Of a DNA stretch of 64,000 nucleotides, positions 50,373 through 63,535 are shown piece by piece. The notes under the pieces are model-generated. The model was not told the DNA's origin, did not search any database, and saw only the letters and a program-made list of their open reading frames with translations. This stretch comes from Mobula birostris (Eukaryota). The stretch lies in assembly GCF_030028105.1 (NCBI RefSeq), contig NC_092385.1:44131433-44195432 (forward strand), in the 5' to 3' direction. Each line of letters starts with the position of its first letter. The stretch's first letter is position 1. The position numbers were made by a program, and so were the translations under genes.

Positions 50373-51479
50373 GATCCATTGTGTAGATGGGTTTTACAGA
50401 CCAAGCAGATCCCAGCTTCAATTCTCAACAGGATATTTTAAGTTATGTAGAGAGCAATGTCCATAGAGGAGTGAGGGACAAGATTGTCAGTGTTCCACTC
50501 CTAACCACCATTTTGTTACACCCAACAAACAGAAGTCTATTAGGCTATTAAGTAAAACCCTGACTTGCATCCAACCTGATACACCTGAACTGAACCTCAC
50601 CAGTTCTTTCCATAACTATCTCAGACACAGTACGTTTAACAGATAAGCAATCATCTCAACCTGATCAATGTACAAGTTAAACCAGCATTGCATGGCATGA
50701 CCCAGCACAAACACAGAGGCAGATCTATCCACTGTTCATTCTGCTGCCCTGGTAAGGAAATATGCTGCTGTTATTAATCACACATAAATGATATCATCAG
50801 TCATCATGAAAATGGATTAGTAGAGGTGTGTGCAGAAGTTACAAAGCAGAAACATGACTTGCTTGCAAATATGCAACCAACTCTAATCGCATTTGCAGAA
50901 ATGATGTCTTCTGACATAAATGACTTCAATCTTATTTGAAAAGGATAAATGAGACCAGATCTTACAAAACCAGATTTAGGTAAGTGTGACCGCAGGGACA
51001 TTGATCCACAGTGAACAGTCAAATCTGTTCATGGATAAAAGGGCAGTCAAACAATGAAACTTGCCAAAAATAATGTTTCATATGATCGAGATTCAGGTTG
51101 CATTCCCAAAACTTGTGAGCTCTACCCACCTAAAGATAGCCAGGTACAACTAAAAAAAAGAGTAACTCAACATTAATAGAGAATAGCATGCAGCCAAGAC
51201 ACTACTGTAGGTCAGATCTTTGTGATGGAGAAAGGTGCAGAGGCATCAAATTTAATATTAGATTAGGAAAACTGGAGTATGAAAAGTGAGTTGCAAGGGA
51301 TGTCAATATTATCACAGAAATATTTAAATTTACTTTAGCAAAAATACATTGTTCACTGTGCATGGTCTCATTTACATCCTGCTGAACCCAACTTTACATA
51401 AAACAAGATTTGTTTCCTGCCTCTTCCTCTAAAACACAGCACTGAACTTGATCCCTTATTACATTTTTTCCATATTTCT

Positions 51480-51820
51480 CAAGTCTTGGGAGGCCATTTG
51501 CCCTATTGAGTATATGTCAACTCCAGACATTCCTATCAATTACATTACTCATTTATTTCCCAGCAATCTTTTCTTTCACATGCCCATCAATACTCACTGA
51601 ATCTCCCACTCCCACCGATGTTAGGAGCAACTTACTGTAGCTAATTAACATACCAGTAACAACAATGGAATGTGAGGGGAAAGAATGGTGCAAAGTGGAT
51701 GCCTATGTGGTCACTGGGAAAATGTGTCAACTTCAAATGGACAGTATCCGAGGTCAGAATTGAACTTGTGTCCCTGCAGCTGTGAGGCAGCAGCAATAAC
51801 TGCTGTGTAACCACGCCCCA
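51480..51820 (-). mobile_element. V-SINE, diverged
   Basis: Similar to 13800-14000 (GAGGTCAGAATTGAACTTG.GTCCCTG..GCTGTGAGGCAGCAG). Confidence 0.6.
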
Positions 51821-53649
51821 TTTGTTACCCTTTTAACTCAATTAACTTTATTATAATATTGAATATAGTCTGCCTGCAATTTTGGTTCATAGTCATTTTG
51901 ATGAAAAATAACTATCCTGGATACATCCAAAAAATTCATTGCCATAGAAAATCTAGCTCATTGTCAGAAAGGCAATCTATATGCAAATCAAACTTCTCCA
52001 TTAAAATCAATCTGGCTTTTCTACATATTAGCCTACTTTTGGCATTTATACATTATCTCTTTATGGCAGCTATCAAGAGACCTTTAGACAAATCCCAGTA
52101 TCATCTCAAATCCTTTCCTAATTCTTAATTCCACTCATTTAGTTCCCTCTGCCCGCTTTTTTTTTTAAACCATTTTTAATTTTTCTCATCATTCAAAGCT
52201 GCTCTTCCACTTCCTTCATTTTTTTTATATATCTTTCCCATACATTTTAGCATGTGCTATGTTTAATCCCGTCCTGCCCTCCAGCTATATCTTAGTAATG
52301 ACACATATGTTACTGCTGGCTGAGTTTTCCCAGGTTTACCAAGGAACAAGCCCCTTCAAGGAAAGACAAAATCAACTGGTGATGAAAAGCTGCAAAATTT
52401 ACAACTTTCTTATTAGTATTTTATATATTACTATACAAAGGGTCTCTTCTCTCCCCTGCATCTTTTACCATTCTATGATCCAACACTAAATTCTTCAAAG
52501 TCAAAGATAATGTACATTTATTCTCAAAGTACAATACAATACCTTAAGATTCATTTTCTTGAAGGTATTTACAGGAAAGAAAATAAATAGAGTACAATAG
52601 AATTTATTAAAATCAAGATATAAAATAAAGATTGACAAACAAACGATATGCAAAAGACAAACTGTGTAAATAATAAATAAAGAGACAAATCAGATCAGTG
52701 TTAGAGTACTTTACAAGTGAAAAATAACGATCGTAGCTGCATAAAATTAAGATAATCTCCCAATTTGTTGTTGTGTATACCTATTTTTAGCAACAGTATT
52801 ATGGTCAAGTTCTTGGATTTCATCAAAATTGGCTCTAGGATATTATGTTATCTGACAGTAGATGAGGTAATTATAGGGATTGGAATTGTAATAACAAAGT
52901 AGTCTCAATCCCCATAGATGAATAAATTATTCAAATTAGATCATAACACAATAGCAATCTTCCAGTCAAAACACATGATTTTGGCACTAGGTGTTTGAAA
53001 CCGTCATTATATCCCACATCTGAAATATCTTGTGAAGCACACAGTGTCATGGCAACAAATCTTTTGCTCACAGAAGGTGGAAGAAGGGTAGAATAATTTT
53101 TTTTAAAAATTGCTGAAAAAAAACTAAAAACAACCCTGAGTATATAATTTGGATTTCACTATTTGGGTATGTATAGGAGGTAAAATTTAGCAGGAAAAGC
53201 AACAGCAGAACAAAACTTGATCGACCTTAAATAAGAGTCAGCATAAAATGGACAAAAGCATCCCTTCCTTATTACTTCTAAATTTTGACTAGCTCTTTTA
53301 TGGATTGGAATTCAAGAAATAAAAACAAGCTGCCTTCTCAATTTTGCCATTAGCTATCTCTCAGTTCAGCAGCAGCATTCCTTCCATCAAAAGGGCTGTT
53401 TGGTAACGTAAGCACAATATTATCATCCATTTTCAATTCCTCTGATAATGAAGCTTTCTATGCCTGTAAGCAATAAGATCAGGGCTTATCAGTCGCAACG
53501 CCAGGTAATGACCAACTCAGTGAAAGATTCTAACATGCTCATTGTAACATTTAATGGCATTATTTTTACTTGGTCTTTTGGCCATTATTCAGGAGGTAAC
53601 TACTGACCAAGTTCAAGCATAACAAGTATACAGAGAAGATATAGGAGAT

Positions 53650-53925
53650 ATTAGAAGGAGGTACAGAGGAGATGTCCGGGATAAGTTGTTTTTTTTTTAA
53701 AAACGCAGAGAGTGGTGAGTGCGTGAAATGGGCTGCCGGCGATGGTGGTAGAGGCAGATATGATAGAGTCTTTTAAGAGACTCCTGGACAGGTACATGGA
53801 ACTCAGAAAAACAGGGCTATGGGTAACCCAAGGTAACTTCTAAGGTAAGGACATGTTCGGCACAGCTTTGTGGGCCAAAGGGCCTGTATTGTGCTGTAGG
53901 TTTTCTATGTTTCTATGTTCTATGT
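53650..53925 (+). mobile_element. CR1 3' tail
   Basis: Matches the reverse complement of about 61000-61260; TTCTATGT repeat tail. Confidence 0.85.
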
Positions 53926-54319
53926 TATACAACTATTCAGTTCTGGTTCCGTGTATTCCCCAGTAATATACGACAATTGCAGGACCTCTTTAAATTTTGC
54001 GACAGATGCTGTGAGCTGGACTTTGTGCCTCTTACACTGGGGCCTCTAATTGTTCAGGGAATGAGTGTCGAGGAGCAGCATGGTCACAAATCTAGGACTC
54101 TGAAGGGTCTCTGTTGAGCATATTCAAATAATTGCATGTGATATCAAACCAATTACAGTGCTTCAGGAGCCGAGTATTCCATCTGGTGTGGACTACCACC
54201 TGCCATTCGAGATTCCTTTTCATTAGAGAAATCTCTCTTTAAAGAAATAAGCAATATGATCTGTGCTGTTCTCTATTTTTCTACATAGATATTGCTACAG
54301 TAGCATTTAAGATGATTAG

Positions 54320-55620
54320 CAGCACTCAGGACAAAGCCTTCACATCCAGCACAACATTCTTTATGATTTCTAACAGCTACGATGAGACCCCACTGCCAAG
54401 CACATCCTCCCCACCCCTCTTCCACATTTTGCAGGGATCACTCTCTCATTGACTCCCTGGTCTGTTTAACAATCCCCACCCTGTGGCCTCCATCCAACAC
54501 TCTTCCCTGTAACCGCAAGAGATGTAACACCTGTTCCCAGACCTCCTCTCTCATCACCAAGCAAGGCTCTTAACAGCTCTTCCAACCGTGGCGGTCTTTC
54601 TCATGCAAAACCCTTGGAATGACTTAATGCATCCAGTTTTCCTCATGTGTCTCCTATACATAAGTGAAACAAAATGCAAACTGGACAACCGCTCTGCCAA
54701 GCACCTTCACTCCATCCGCTGTCTGGATCTCCCATTTACCAACCATTTTAATTCCCACACTAGCATGTCTGTCTTTGGCCTTTGTCACTGCCAGGTTGAG
54801 GCTAAATGCAAACTAGAGGAATAGCATCTCATATTCCACCTGGGTAGACTACAACCTGATGGCATTAACACTGATTTCTTCAACTTCCAGTAACTGCTCC
54901 TCTACTATCTCTGATCCATCTGGTCCCCTTCACCATGTCTCCTTGCCCTCCACCGCCTGAGCAACTGCACATCACCCACATATTCTTCCCACTGTTTCCC
55001 CTCCCCACTGCTCTCCTCTGCTCTCCATACCTCCCTCCCAGTATTCTATACATCACCTTCCCTTCCTATCAGGTTGAATATCTGTAGTACTTTGTTACTT
55101 CCATCTATCTCCTTCCAGTTCCTGGTGTCATTCTTGCTCCACCCCTTCTCTCCACCTTTTCTGGCCATCTTCCCTTCATTCTTCAGTGCAGATGAAGGAT
55201 CTTGATTTAAAATGACAATTTCCCTCCATAGAGCTGCCTTACTTGTTGAACTCCTCCAGCATTCTGTGTGCTGCACCAGGTTATAGCAGCACAATTCCCC
55301 ATCAGCTTTTCCCAATTACTCCATCTTCTTGGTATCTATTCCATGACTGAGACTTTCCACACCAGTGACTCTGAAGTACCTCTCTTTCTCCTGAACCATG
55401 GCTTTCCATCTACCAAACTTTACCATGTCTCATCTACAGTATCTTTCACACCTCTGCTCTCATTTCATCTCCTCTCAGCCAGAGTAAGGATATTGCTCCC
55501 TAGGACACACTCTTTGTCCCATCAGCCTCTGCATTCAATAGCAAATTCTTCACAATTTCTGCCACTTTCACTGAGGTTCCACCACCAAAAACCTTCCTTT
55601 TCAGCATTTCCAAAGAGATG
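54320..55620 (+). mobile_element. Older PLE: EN region + pLTR, followed by a second upstream-ORF segment
   Basis: FCRDHSLIDSLV, PCNRKRCNTC and LYISETKCKL..R.AKHL motifs; eroded HHR trace at about 55184-55221. Confidence 0.75.
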
Positions 55621-55844
55621 TTTACTGTTCAGTCCATAGGATCAACCAGAGCTTCCAGCTATCTGTTATTTCCAAGTTGACCTCCCGTCTGTGTCTTCCT
55701 GTATTATTTTAAAAAAGGTCTAGAGTGCGCTTGAGGAATAGCATATCGACTTCTAATAATATTGAGCATGTTCCAGTCTTCAAGACTCAGTACTGAATGC
55801 AGCCTTTTCAAGTAATTTACCCTGCATTCCGCAAGACTGCAAGT

Positions 55845-56490
55845 CCATAAGACATAGGAGTAGAATTAGGCCATTCGGCCCATCGAGTTTGCTCTGACAT
55901 TTTATTATGGCTGATCCGTTTCCCTCTCAACCCCATTCTACTGCCTTCTCCTCATAACATCCTTACTAATCAAGAATCTATCAACCTTAGTCTTAAATAC
56001 ACCCGATGACCTAGTCTCCACAGTTGCCTGTGGCAACAAATTCCACCGATTCGCCATCCTGTGGTGAAGGAAATTCCTCCTCTTCTCTGTTCTAAATAGA
56101 TGTCCCTCTATTCTGAGGCTATGCCCTCTGGTCCTACACATTCCCACCATAGGAAACATCCCCTCCACATCCACTCTATCTTGGCCTTCCAATATTCGAT
56201 AGGTTTCTCTTCCCCCCCCCCCCCCATTCTTCTAAATTCCAGTGAGTGCAGGCCCAGAGCCATCAATCACTTCTCATTCCTGGGATCATCCTTGTGATCC
56301 ACTTCCGAACCCTGTCAAATGTCAGCACATCCTTTCTTAAAAAGCAGCCCAAAACTGCTCACAATACTCCAAGTGAGGCATCACTAGTGCCTAATAAAGC
56401 CTCAGCATTACATACTTGCTTTTATATCCTAGTTCTCTCAAAAATAAATGCTTACATTGCCTTCCTCATTACTGACTCAACCCGCAAATT
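55845..56490 (-). mobile_element. CR1 3' fragment
   Basis: DRVDVEGMFPMVG.RTRGHSLRI...RRNF motif; CR1 tail. Confidence 0.9.
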
Positions 56491-57853
56491 ATTCCCAGCA
56501 TATTCATTATTTTCTTAAAATTATATGTGGCCACCAGCAGCTTCACAAGCTGCTTGTACATAAAGTGTTCACCTCTGCCAGTCCGAGATGTATTTCAAGG
56601 TGATTGATGCCAATTGAAAGCTGTAACTAACAGCATCCCTAATTCAGGAAAAAAATACACAATGTTCTCAAGTTATCCAAGACTAAACATAACATCTCTA
56701 AATTCAGCAAAACTATGAGTTAATGCAATTGATAATCTCCCCTATTTGTTCATATATCTTAATTCATCGGGCATGTATTCTTCAGAACACTGAAAGCTCC
56801 TAATTCAATCCAATTATAAATTGACTGCAGGAAAAGAACTTTAATAAAACCATATAGCATTCACAGAACAAGACAGGGAAGCTACTGTTTTTATTCAATA
56901 AACATGAGATTGGCTTCACCATAAAGATGGTCCTAACATATTAAGGAGGAACGTTTAGCATCTTGGCCACCAGTAATCAAAGAAAATTATTACAGTAGCG
57001 TTACAAAGTTTTGAACCTTGTAGAATTTTCTCTATTTCTGTATAAATATGGCCTAAAATGTGATCAGCTCTTCATACAAGTCCTAAAACTAGATAAAGAG
57101 AACCCAATTAAATAAATAACATGAAAACATTATATTTGTTCATTTATTTATTGAGAAACATTATCCAATATGTGAAAAAGTATGTGAACCTTTGCTTTCA
57201 GTAACTGGTGTGACCCCCTTGTACAGCAATAACTTCAACCAAATATTTCAAGTAACTGTTTTCCTCATCGGCTTGGAGGAATTTTAGGCCATTCCCCCTT
57301 ACAAAACTGCTTCAACTCTGGGCTGTTGACCTGCTAGGTTCAGGTCCTCCCACAACATTTCTATAGAACTAAGGTCAGGACTTTGACTCGGGCATTCCAA
57401 AACACAATTTTTCTTCTTTTTAAACTATTGTCATTGATTTACTCTTGACTTTCGGATCATTGTCTTGTTGTATTATCCAACTTCTATTAACCTTCAGGTG
57501 ACGGACTGCTACCCTGTCAATCTTCTGGAAAATGTATTGATAAGATTTTGAATTCATTGTTCCCTCAATGATTGCAAGCTGTCCAGGCCCTAAGGCAGCA
57601 ATGCAGTCCCAAACCATGATGCTTCACAGTTGAGATGAGGTTTTGATGTTGGTGTGCAGGGCCCTTTTTCCTCCAAATATAACCATGTATATTTCTGCCA
57701 AAATGTTCAATTTTGTCTCATCTGTCCACAGAACATTGTCCCAGAAGTGTTGCAGAGCATCCAGGTGGCCTTTGGCAAACATGAGATTTGCGGCACACAC
57801 ATCAAAGTTGCTGGTGAACGCAGCAGGCCAGGCAGCATCTCTAGGAAGAGGTA

Positions 57854-57891
57854 CAGTCGATGTTTCAGGCAGAGACCCTTCGTCAGGACTA
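57854..57891 (-). ncRNA. Minimal hammerhead ribozyme motif (AUC site, stem III palindrome broken)
   Basis: TAGTC-CTGACGA-A-GGGT(CTCT)GCCT-GAAA-C-ATC-GACTG. Confidence 0.68.
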
Positions 57892-59000
57892 ACTGAAGAA
57901 GGAGCTTGTAAGAGATTTAAAAGTGGGAGGGGGATGGGGAGATCCAAAATGATAGGAGAAGACAGGAGGGGGAAGGATGGAGCCAAGAGTTGGACAGGTG
58001 ATTGGCAAAAGGGATATGAGAGGATCGTGGGACAGGAGGCCCAGGGAGAAGGAAAAGCAGGAGGAGGGGAAAGCCCAGAGGATGGGCAAGGGGTATAGTC
58101 AGAGGGACAGAGGGAGAAAAAGGAGAGTGAGAGAAAGAATGTGTGTATATAAATAACGGATGGGGTACGAGGGGGAGGTGGGGCATTAGCAGAAGTTAGA
58201 GAAGTCAATGTTCATGCCATCAGGTTGGAGGCTACCCAGACGGAATATTAATATGTGTGGCCACTGGGAGATCCTGCTTTCTCTGGCGGACAGAGCGTAG
58301 GTGTTCAGCAAAACAATCTCCCAGTCTGCGTCGGGTCTCGCCAGTATATAGAAGGCCACATCGTGAACACCGGACGCAGTATATCACCCCAGCTGACTCA
58401 CAAGTGAAGTGTCGCCTCACCTGGAAGGACTGTCTGGGGCCCTGAATGGTGGTAAGGGAGGAAGTGTAAGGGCATGTATAGCACTTGTTCCACTTACAAG
58501 GATAAGTACACCTACGCTCTGTCCACCAGAGAAAGCAGGATGTCCCAGTGGCCACACATTTTAATTCCACATCCCATTCCCAGTCTGACATGTCTATCCT
58601 CAGCCTCCTCTGCTGTAAAGATGAAGCCACACTCAGGTTGGAGGAACAACACCTTATATTCCGTCTGGGTAGCCTCCAACCTGATGGCATAAACATTGAC
58701 TTCTGTAACTTCCGCTAATGCCCCACTTCCCCCTCGTACCCCATCGTTATTTATATACACACATTCTTTCTCCCTCTCTCCTTTTTCTCCCTCTGACTAT
58801 ACCCCTTGCCCATCCTCAGGGCTTTTTCCCCCCCTTCCCCCTTTTCCTTCTCCCTGGGCCTCCTGTCCCATGATCCTCTCATATCCCCTTTACCAATCAC
58901 CTGTCCAGTTCATGGCTCCATCCCTCCCCCTCCTGTCTTCTCCTATCATTTTGGATCTCCCCCTCCCCCTTTTAAATCTCTTACTAGCTCTTTCTTCAGT

Positions 59001-59038
59001 TAGTCCTGACGAAGGGTCTCGGTCTGAAACGTCGACTG
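59001..59038 (+). ncRNA. Minimal hammerhead ribozyme motif (core intact, weakened stem II)
   Basis: TAGTC-CTGACGA-A-GGGT(CTCG)GTCT-GAAA-C-GTC-GACTG. Confidence 0.72.
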
Positions 59039-62000
59039 TACCTCTTCCTAGAGATGCTGCTTGGCCTGCTGCGTTCACCAGCAACTTTTGTGTGTGTTTT
59101 TCCAGCATCTGCAGAATTCCTTGTGTATGAGATTTGCAGCAATGTTTTTCTTGGAGAGCAGCAATTTCCTTCATTGTGTCTTTCCATGTACACCATTCTT
59201 GTTCAGTGCTTTTCTAATAGTGGACACATAAACAGAGACTTTAGCAAGTTCTAGAGATTTCTGCAGGTCTTTTGCTGTTACCCTTGGTTTCTTTTTCACC
59301 TCCCTCAGCATTGCACATTGTACTTTTGATGTGCACTTTGCAGGATGTCCACACTCTTAGAGCGAGCAGCAACCGTACTGAGTTTCCTTCATTTGAAGAC
59401 AATTTCTCTTACTGTGGACTGACGTACACTCAGGTCTTTAGAAATGCTTCTGCAGCCTTTTCTAGCTTCATGCAATTCTACAGTTCTTCTTCTAAGGTCC
59501 TCTGAAAGTTGTTTTAATTGAGGCACGGTGCACATAAGCATATCTTTCTTGAGAAGATCAGGCTCTGGCTTTGTGCATCTTTTTATTTTTAAATAGGGCA
59601 GAGGACCTCTACAACCCATACCTCCCATCTCATCTCATTGATTGGAACACCTGACTCCAAATAGCTTTTGTATAAGGCAATACACCAGAGGTTCACATAT
59701 TTTTCCAACAAATACATGTAACATTGGATCATTTTTCTCAATAAATAAATGAACAAGTATATTGATTTTGTGTTATTTATTTCATTGGGTTCTTTTCATC
59801 TAGTTTTATACTTACATGAAAATCTGATCACATTTTTGGTCACATTTATGCAAAAATACAGAAAATTCTACAAGATTCACAAACTTTCTAGCACCACTGC
59901 TCTTCCAAAGCAGGATGGTGAATGAGTTGGAGGGGAGCTTGGAGTTGGTGAGGTTTCTTTCTGGCTTTCACCCTTACCCTAAAAGGTGATGACTGGATTG
60001 TGACAGAAGTCTGTGTAAAATCACACAGGGTATCTTTTTGCTATATCACGCCCTGCAGCTTTTGTGTACTTGTGGAAGAAACAGTTGAGCTTTAAGGTAG
60101 TGCATGGATGCAATCATTTATTCTGTATAATGATGAGCTTCTTGAATGAGAGAGACCAGTTCCTAACTTGTGGCACAGCTTTACGGGATTTGAAAATGAG
60201 AAATTTGGTAACTCTGAAAATATTCAAGCATGGCAAATACCTGATAATTAATTTTTACAACAATAATATGCAAAGTGAGCAAAATTCAGTGAGTCACTTT
60301 ATGCTCTGAAACATTCAGCTGTCTACATTTGAACTGATACATTTTTGTGCATAAGGTAGAACAAACTTTATCTACGTTGTATGACATAACAATCCTCAAA
60401 GGCTATTGACAAAGGCAGAATATTACCAAGTACATTATGGCCCAATGAAGTTTGCACTGAGCACACTACAGTTGTTCTCTTTTGGGAGAAACAGTTAAAA
60501 ATAATAAATACCAGCATCAAAATCCAAGGATGTGAATGGAGACTCAGATTCAGCTGTTATACTGTATCATGTATACTGAATTCACTGCCACACTCCTACA
60601 GATTTATCCATAAATTATCCAAATACAGTAAGCTGGTTTTATTTACTTTTAATGAACAATTAACTTTCTATTAACAAGTCAAATAAATGGTGTGTGAAGG
60701 GCTTCACAAATGCATCTGAAGCTCATCTTGAGAAAGACATTTGTGAAGTCTTTCATGTGTTAATATTGGTAATATATCCACTACTAATTTCCCTGTAATT
60801 CTTGTGTCCTTTGTGATTTATAATTTTGGAAAGTAAAGATGTTCTGCATCAGAGGTCAGTATCTTAGCCCGATGTTACAGCTCGGGGCACTCCAGAGTCC
60901 GGAACTGAATTCTGGCACCATTCTGTATGTCCTCCCGTGAAAGCTGTGGGTTATCATCAGGTCCTCCAGCTTCCTCCCTCTGTCCAAAGACACACATAGA
61001 ACAAAGAAAACCTACAGCACAATACAGGCGCTTCAGCCCACAATGCTGTGCTGAATATGTACTTACTTTAGAAATTACCTAGGGTTACCCATAGCCCTCT
61101 ATTTTTCTAAACTCTGTGTACCTATCCAAGAGTCTCTTAAAAGACCCTATTGTATCCACATACACCACTGTTGCCAGCAGCCCATTCCATGCACTCACCG
61201 ATCTCTGCACAAAAAAAAAACTTACCCCTGACATCTCCTCTGTACCTACTTCCAAGCACCTTAAAACTGTGCCTTCTCATGTTAGCCATTTCAGCCCTGG
61301 GAAAAAGCCTCTGAATATCCACACGATCAATGCCTGTCATCATCTTATACACCTCTATCAGGTCACCTCTCATCCTCCGTCACTCCAAGGAGAAGAGGCC
61401 AAGTTCACTCAACCTATTCACATAAGGCATGCTACCCAGTCCAAACAACATCCTTGTAAATCTCCTCTGCACCCTTTCTATGGTTTCCACATCCTTTCGG
61501 TAGTGAGGTAACCAGAACTAAGCACAGTACTGCAAGTGGGGTCTGAACAAGGTCCTATATAGCTGTAACATTACCTCTTAGCTTTTGAACTCAATCCCAC
61601 GGTTGATGAAGGCCAATGCACCATATGCCTTCTTAACCATACAGTCAACCTGTGCAGCAGCTTTGAGTGTCCTATGGACACGAACCCCAAGATCCCGCTA
61701 ATCCTCCACACCACCAAGAGTTTTACCATTAATACTATATTCTGCCATCATATTTGAACTACCAAAATGAACCACCTCACACTTATCTGGGATGAACTCC
61801 ATCTGTCACTTCTCAGCCCAGTTTTGTATCCTATCAAAGTCTCGCTGTAACCTCTGACAGCCCTCCACACTATCTACAACACCCCCAACCTTTGTGTCAT
61901 CAGCAAATTTATTAATACATCCCTCCACTTCTTTATCCAGGTAATTTATAAAAATCACAAAGAGAAGGGGTCCTAGAACAGGTCTCCAAGGCACACCACT

Positions 62001-62975
62001 GGTCACTGACCTCCATGCAGAATATAACCCATCGACAACCACTCTTGTAATGCAAGCCATTTCTGGATCCACAAAGCAACGTCCTCTTGGATCCCATGCC
62101 TACTTACTTTCTGAATAAGCTTTGCATGGGGTATCTTATCAAATGCTGTGCTGAAATCCCTATACACTGTATCTATTGCTCACATCCTCAAAAAATTCAA
62201 TCAAGCTCGTAAGGCATGACTTGCCTTTGATGAAGCCTTACTGACTATTCCTAATCCTATCATGCCTCTCCAAATATTCATAAATCCTGCCACTCAGAAT
62301 CTTCTCCATCAACTTACCAACCACTGAAGTAAGACTCACAGGTCTATAATTTCCTGGGTTATCTCTACTCCCTTGCTTGAATAAGGGAACAACATTTGCA
62401 ACCCTCCAATCATCTGGAACCTCTCCCATCCCCACTGATGATGCAAAGATTATTGCCAGAGGCTCAGCAATCTCCTCCTTCAGCTCCCATAATAGCCTGG
62501 GTTATATCTCGTCCGGTCCCGGTGACTTATCCAACTTGATCCTTTCCAAAAGCTCCAGCACATCCTCTTTCTTAATGTTTATATGCTCAAGCTTTTCAGT
62601 CCACTAAGTCATCCCTACAATCGCCAAGGTCCTTTTCCATAGTGAATACTGAAGCAAAGTATTCATTTAGTACCTTCACTACCTCTTCCGGTTCCATATA
62701 TACTTTTCCACTGTTACACTTGATTGGTCCTATTCCCTCACGTCTTATCTTCTTTCTTTTCACATACTTGTAGAATGCTTTGGGGTTTTCCTTAATCCTG
62801 CTTGCCAAGGCCTTCTCATGGCCCCTTCTGGCTCTCCTAATTTCATTCTTAAGCTCCTTCCTGCTAGCCTTATAATAGATCTCTTCTAGATCTCTTATCA
62901 TGACCTAGTTTTTTGAACCTTTTGTAAGCTTTTCATTTCTTCTTGACTAGATTTTCAACTGCCTTTGTACACTAT

Positions 62976-63222
62976 GTGTGATGCGTGGCCAAGTGGTTAG
63001 GGCGTTGGGCTCATGATCTGAAGGTCATGGGTTCGAGTCTCAGCCAAGGCAGCGTGTTGTGTCCAGCCAGCTGAAAATGGGTACCGGCAAATGCTGGGGG
63101 TTAACCTTGCGATAGACTGGCGTCCTATCCGGGGGGAGTCTTGTACTCTCGGTCACTTCATCCCACAGAAACTGGCATAAGCACCGGCCTGATGGGCCAC
63201 AAAGGCTCAAGACAGACACTGA
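62976..63222 (+). mobile_element. tRNA-derived SINE (MetaSINE-like core)
   Basis: A box TGGCCAAGTGG and B box GGTTCGAGTC; 13-bp TSD CTTTGTACACTAT at 62963-62975 and 63223-63235. Confidence 0.85.
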
Positions 63223-63429
63223 CTTTGTACACTATAGTTGCGGTACCCTACCATCCGTTGCTGTACCCTACCATCCTTTTCTTGTCTCATTGGAATGTAC
63301 CTATGCAAAATGCCACACAAATATCCCCTGAACATTTGCAATATTTCTGCAGTACATTTCCCTGAGATATATGCATCCTGACTGATAGCTTCATATTTTC
63401 CCTTTCTCCAATTAAACGTTTTCTTAACT

Positions 63430-63535
63430 TGTCCAATTAAGTGGCAAAGGGAATCCTGAGTAATTTTTCAATTAGTTTTTGCTTTGTAAGAGCTGGCCCA
63501 AATAAGCAGCTGCCCATGGCCCAATAAGCCAGAAT
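63430..63535. mobile_element. Tigger-like end fragment
   Basis: Similar to 46436-46530. Confidence 0.55.

Larger units (their letters stand above)
57796..59126. mobile_element. Penelope-like element, fold-back insertion
   Basis: 15-bp TSD ATGAGATTTGC(G/A)GCA at 57781-57795 and 59127-59141; Cys motif + GIY-YIG (CKWNKCYTC...VIYCVRCSRCGLLYTGET...FAEH); inverted pLTR arms. Confidence 0.92.
56993..59899 (-). mobile_element. Tc1 DNA transposon with long (about 200 bp) TIRs, transposase disrupted by a PLE
   Basis: TIRs about 56993-57192 and 59689-59899; N-terminus KQLSEDLRRRTVELH; catalytic motifs WTDETK, QQDNDPK and SPDLSSIE. Confidence 0.92.

Noticed and set aside
50778-50939. About 53-codon open stretch on the plus strand (NDIISHHENGLVEVC...)
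   Set aside because: No convincing splice acceptor or start and no recognisable homology
62980-63050. tRNA-like sequence
   Set aside because: Head of a TSD-flanked SINE; no intact cloverleaf or terminator
63165-63215. CTGATGG-GCC-ACAAA-GGC-TC hammerhead-like string in the SINE tail
   Set aside because: Lacks A9 and a downstream GAAA/NUH arrangement; best read as a SINE 3' stem-loop
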